A stretch of DNA of 39,499 bases. It comes from Folioceros fuciformis (lineage: Eukaryota). This document shows, in pieces, positions 35,040 through 39,499 of the stretch. The translations under genes were made by a program, and so were the position numbers. Location of the stretch: positions 374,975 through 414,473 of the forward strand of contig JBNGIO010006272.1 of assembly GCA_049999805.1 (NCBI GenBank), read 5' to 3'. Each line of letters opens with the position of its first letter. Positions within the stretch are counted from its first letter, which is position 1. Under the pieces are notes generated by a model that had not been told where the DNA came from, ran no database searches, and was given only the letters and a program-made list of their open reading frames with translations.

Positions 35040-38000
35040 ATGCCTCATATGCAACCAGAGATTTCGGAAGAAGAGGCACCCTACATTCCAGAACACAGCG
35101 AAGAGGAGGAAGTCGAGGAAGTGGGGGAGATGGCTCAATACTCCTCAGCGGAAGACAGTCTAAATGAAGCTCTGGAGACGCCCCGCAATTCCTACGAGGG
35201 TGTTGCATCAGAGGAGTCTCCTGTGGAGATCACTTTACCGCGGAAGAGAGTGACCCAGGGGCGCCGGTCCACCAGCGCACCAGGGCAGCGGAAAAGGAAA
35301 GCATTAGCATCTCTTGCGAAACAGCGGAAGATGACATCTGGTGAGGATGTTGTGAGCAAGCTTGTAATTTTGCTTTGGATTTGTTGCTGGCTTCCTGGAT
35401 TACGTTGATGAAACACTGACCGCTGACCCCGATGATACTCCTCCTATATGTCTCCACAGCCACATCTCCGCAGCCGAAACGGCGAAAAGCTGCAGGCACT
35501 GCAAGAAGAGGGCAGGCAGCAAAGTAGAAAAGACGGAAGGGCGGTGCAGTGTAGCAGGTGCAACCAGAGCCAACCCGAGCAGTGGAAACAGACATAGAGA
35601 GGTTGGAGAGGTTAGCGCAAGATGAGGACTACCTGAATGGGATCAGGAAGAAGGCTCATGCCAAGAGGATAAGGTCCACAACATTTGATCTACATGTGGA
35701 TATTTTGCATCCTGCCTCCTTTATCACCTCTGACGCATAGAAAAGGCAGGTAGACAAAGCTTGGATGAAAAGCTTAGTGAGGTAGATGCAAGCTGGCTCT
35801 GTTAAGGAAGGGATCTTGCCCCTCCTGTGTATGATTGATCCTAAACAAGCAGCGAGCAAGGAAGAGGTTTCCTTGGACAGGATCACGGCGCAGCAGTACC
35901 ACATGGGAGTGTTAGGGGGCAACCATTGTTTTGCAGCCATGCAGAAACTACATCAGATGTTCCCTGCAGAAGATAAATATAAATGGATGGAAGGGCATGT
36001 GTATGCTGGGTTGATAGAGGAAGAGATGAGGATTCTCGTTGTCGACCACAATGTCTATGCAGACAAGCGGAAAAGGATGGGGTTTATTGAGCAGGTCAGA
36101 TACATCCATGACGAGCTTGACATTTTCTTTAGGCATCATTCAGGAGAAGAGAAGCCACCAGTCAAGTGGACGTTCGACCTGTACAGGTTGCTAGGGATGA
36201 CTGACGAAGGTGGAGATCCCCATGACACAGAATGGGTGCAGAAGATGGTGGACAGGCAGACTTTGCCATATCGGGTAGCCAGATGCACAAGTGTTCTGTG
36301 GGACAATGTGGATAGGATCTTTAGAATGTGGGAACAGGGTGAGCTCCCAGAGCAAAAGAGCATGGTAACAGGCGGGACAACGAAGAGGGCAAAGGCGAAA
36401 AGGAAGACAGGAGATTTTGCCCTGCAAAGTTCTGTTACCCAGGTGACCAAAGACAGTAGCAGGAGGCCAGGAGCTATGCAGAGAAAGCCATGAAGAGCAT
36501 TTCAAGGCGTCCCAACAGGTGTAAAGGGAGAGGAGATGCTCATAGCGGTGACGCAGAAGGTCATCTAGGGGAAGCTTCATTTACGAGACATGGACACTGA
36601 AGTGGGGAAGAAGAAGAAGATACACCTCATCCAACATGCCTTCCGACTGGCAATGAAGTGCGACACATTTGAGGAGGCCAAAGAGATGTACCCGAAGCAC
36701 ACAGAAGACGGTCATCTCCTGAAATTCCAAATTGCCTTTGCCAAAGTGGTAAGTTTTTCCGTTCTTTTCTCTTGTTACTAATCCGGTTCATTAAGCTAGA
36801 GTGCGTCGGTAGATTGGCGCACTCGAGATGGGTGAGGCTCCTGTGCACTGGTCTGCCGGCAGACTTTGGCTCGAGCCTTTGGGCCCAAGTCCACCGGTAG
36901 ACCGGCGCACTAGGGTCGGCTCGGGTCTCGAGTGTGCCGGTCTACCCGCGCACAGGGCCTGCACTGAGTCGAGTGCGCCGGTCTACCGGCGCACTAGGCA
37001 TGCACTGAGTCCAGTGTGCTGGTCTATCTGTGCACTGGGCTGCAGTTAGTCCAGTGCGCTGGTCTACCTACGCACTGGAGCTCCAGCGGTCTTGAGTGCG
37101 CTGGTCTACCAGCGCACTTATGTATGTTCATGCTACAGTAGGGTTTATCGCTAGCCAGACTAACGTGCACCATTCTGGTTGCAGAAACCCTCAGAGATAG
37201 CGGACTTGGAGTCCCTCCCGAAGCCTTTCCAGGATTTTTCTATTCGGCGAAAAACTGGAAAAGGATGGAAGAGGAGAAATAGAAGTTGGCGGCAGCGGAT
37301 ATGGATGCAGGGCTGTCGGATTTCCAAGTTCCAGCGAGTAACTCGAAGGTCAAATACCAGGTGATTCGAAGGAATGTTTTGGAAATGAAGGCATTCCTTG
37401 TCAAATGACCCTACACGCTGGTATTTGCAGATCTGCCTCGAGGCTTACAACGACATGAATATGACAGGCAGATGACTGTGGTAGATTTGGATGAAATGCT
37501 CCGAGGGTTTAGTGAATGCACCTCGAGCAATATTTATAGGGTTATTCTAATGCACAGAGTGGACATGATTTCGGAAGCAAGGGAGGCTCTGCGGCCATGG
37601 TGCAAGAAGGGGGGCTTCCATACACTAGTATGGGAGAAGACGAACATACCCTCAAACGCAGGAGCAGTGGAAACAGTGGAGTATGTCACTATTGAAACTG
37701 CAGCTCACACAGAGGCCCAAGAATCGAAGGCTGCACTGTTTGCGAATCATGGATTTCTGCTCCCAAGGGTTATAAGGCATGGAGCGGTGGTGAAGAAGCA
37801 CCTGTTTCATTCAGTAGATGGGCATGTCGTCTCGCCTCACCAAAAACCATTGCTGATAAACATGTTTTCGTGTGAGGGGGACTGAGTGGTTGATGCATGC
37901 GCAGGCTCCAGGTCTCTTCTCCAAAGTGCAGTGAAGGGTGGAAGGCACGCGGTTGCGATTGATGTCGATGTGAGGTGCACATCATATATCATGTAGCGGA

Positions 38001-38374
38001 TTATCGGGCTAGGGTCTTTGCCTAACGCAGATGAGGAGATAACTACAGAGTCCTTTATGCGAGGCCCATCAAAGTTTTGGGCGAAGGAAGTGTGCGGTGA
38101 TGGGAGTGTGGATCGCAAGCTGATGGTGTTCAGTATGTTGGGAAGGAAAGGAGAGGTCATACATGAGATTGATGATAGGCCTGCGGAAGACCTTTACGCC
38201 ATCACTGTCTAGGATGAGAATTGCACTCTACCGCCTCAAACTACAAAGGACCCCAACTTCTCGGTGCTTCGGGTGGGTGCCGACGACTTTGCTGATACTG
38301 ATGCACAACGCTTGAATGATTTAGATGTGGTTGTGGATTCCGAATCCAACCAGGACGACCCTGTTTTTGTTTAG
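35040..38374 (+). pseudogene. ParB/Srx-like domain + beta-class N6A/N4C DNA methyltransferase fusion gene, 2 introns, disrupted
   Basis: Acidic/basic N-terminus, then intron 35341-35459. ParB-like block RQVDKAWMKSL...G..PLL...GVLGGNHCFAA (GGNH at 35915-35926). Intron 36749-37184 (GTAAG...GACTAAC...GCAG). MTase motif IV region TLVFADLPRG (DLPR at 37430-37441), LVWEK, SPHQKP (HQKP 37838-37849) and motif I region FSCEGD*VVDACAGSRSLLQSAVKGGRHAVAIDVD. About 11 internal stops and a frameshift near 37250. Confidence 0.8.
36799..37118. repeat. Array of eight 24-bp palindromes (consensus AGTGCGCCGG-TCTA-CCGGCGCACT) in intron 2 of the cargo gene
   Basis: Copies start at about 36800, 36842, 36888, 36931, 36972, 37013, 37053 and 37095. 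Period is 40-46 bp. Confidence 0.88.
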
Positions 38375-39499
38375 GGTTAAAACTTGACTTAATTTGAAAT
38401 TAGTTTGAATGTAAACTTTAAGTACTTTTAAACATTTGTGCACCGGTTGACCGACGCACTATATGTTTAGGAATGCAAAAAATCAAGTTTTGCAAAGAAG
38501 ACTCAAACTGTTTTCTTCAGTAATTTTGGTTTTAGTGACCTTTGCAGCAACAAACATATTCGAATACATGTCAGTGGCGTCATTGTTTGTGAAATCAGAT
38601 GATTAGTAGATAAGGAGCGCGGATCAGGACAAATGTGAAATGCGCAAAACGGGCTTCGTGGAATACACCCGTTTGAGTTAGACCATGATCTCTACTGCTA
38701 CAAGTACAGTCTCCCAACACCATCTTCAACAAAACCACCATAGTTGAATATCTTTGATGCTGAAAGGGCGGTGCCTTTGACCTTCCTACACAAACACACC
38801 AGTATGGCACATGCATCCCTAAACCAGGCGATCCCTAGTACGAGAGGTAGCCTCGAATTCTGTTGCACACTCACCTATATTTGCCCTTAGCTTTTGCAGA
38901 CTGCCTTCCAACGTCTCCACCAAGCTTAGACTATTGTGCATAGCATGCACCGCGTTTACTAGCCTATCCATGACGTTGCCTTCGCTGGTGCCTCCTTGTG
39001 CTGCACGTCGGCCTTATGTACATCAGGATGCACCTCACTATGGATGCGTAGGCGTTTCATCCTCCTGCTCTCCAGACAAGCAAAGCTCAGAGTAAATTAG
39101 TTCCTGACGCCGCTTGCACACCCTTGACGGTGGCGGCATGTTGGACCCTAAACTGCAATATGCACCACTGCCTCGATGTGTAACCTACCCAGCACCATTG
39201 CTTGGAGTGCCCAAGTGTGAACGAAAAAAACTTTCGGAACCCCCATTTTGAGCGACGGAATGAGCAGGTTGTGATTTTTTTTGTGAAGGGACAGGCGAAT
39301 CAGTTTAGTAGGTAAATAAGACCAGGGTGTTTATGCCCAAAGTCCCTCTTGGGCTTCGGGTTTGGGGTGTACTGGAGACCGGGACAAGGTGGTGGAATGA
39401 GCGAGTGCCTCCTTGGCCCTCGGGTTGCCTGTAGGTAGGTGAGTGGGGTATGTCCTTGGCCTTTGGTGGTCCGAGGCCCCTTAGGTCTCTATATATGCT

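Larger units (their letters stand above)
32413..38687. mobile_element. 6.3-kb TIR DNA transposon with ParB-like/amino-methyltransferase cargo; superfamily unresolved
   Basis: 28-bp TIRs cacggtctaacccagacaggcgtattcc (32413-32440) vs the reverse complement of 38660-38687 (catggtctaactcaaacgggtgtattcc): 23/28, all mismatches transitions. 8-bp TSD atctctaa (32405-32412) / atctctac (38688-38695). Internal transposase remnant. Confidence 0.85.

Noticed and set aside
36799-37118. CRISPR-like appearance (palindromic repeats with spacers)
   Set aside because: The linkers are only 16-22 nt and several resemble each other (tgcactgagtc). The repeats vary in sequence and orientation, there are no cas genes, and the context is a spliceosomal intron.

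Overview
Land-plant nuclear DNA with short GT-AG introns, Arabidopsis-type CCCTAAA repeats and three N-gaps; the species cannot be identified from this window. Intact host genes are an ERMP1-like M28 ER metallopeptidase (-, 5385-9524), tRNA-Val(UAC) (21688-21760), a 91-aa single-TM microprotein (+, 21943-22605) and a plastid MSL2/3-like mechanosensitive channel (-, 23358-27527). Between them lie decayed mobile elements: a 5-kb MULE just downstream of the ERMP1 stop codon, a fungal-type (Tad1-like) LINE, a DnaJ-ferredoxin (DJC76-like) pseudogene fragment, a second MULE fragment and several minisatellites. The main finding is a 6.3-kb TIR DNA transposon (32413-38687) with 28-bp TIRs and an 8-bp TSD. 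It carries a truncated DUF7869-like transposase and an intron-containing cargo gene that fuses a ParB/Srx-like domain to a bacterial-type beta-class N6-adenine/N4-cytosine DNA methyltransferase. Its second intron holds an array of eight 24-bp palindromes. This copy is pseudogenised by C>T changes, and a related terminus at 14982 shows it belongs to a family. All domain calls come from reading motifs by eye, not from database searches.
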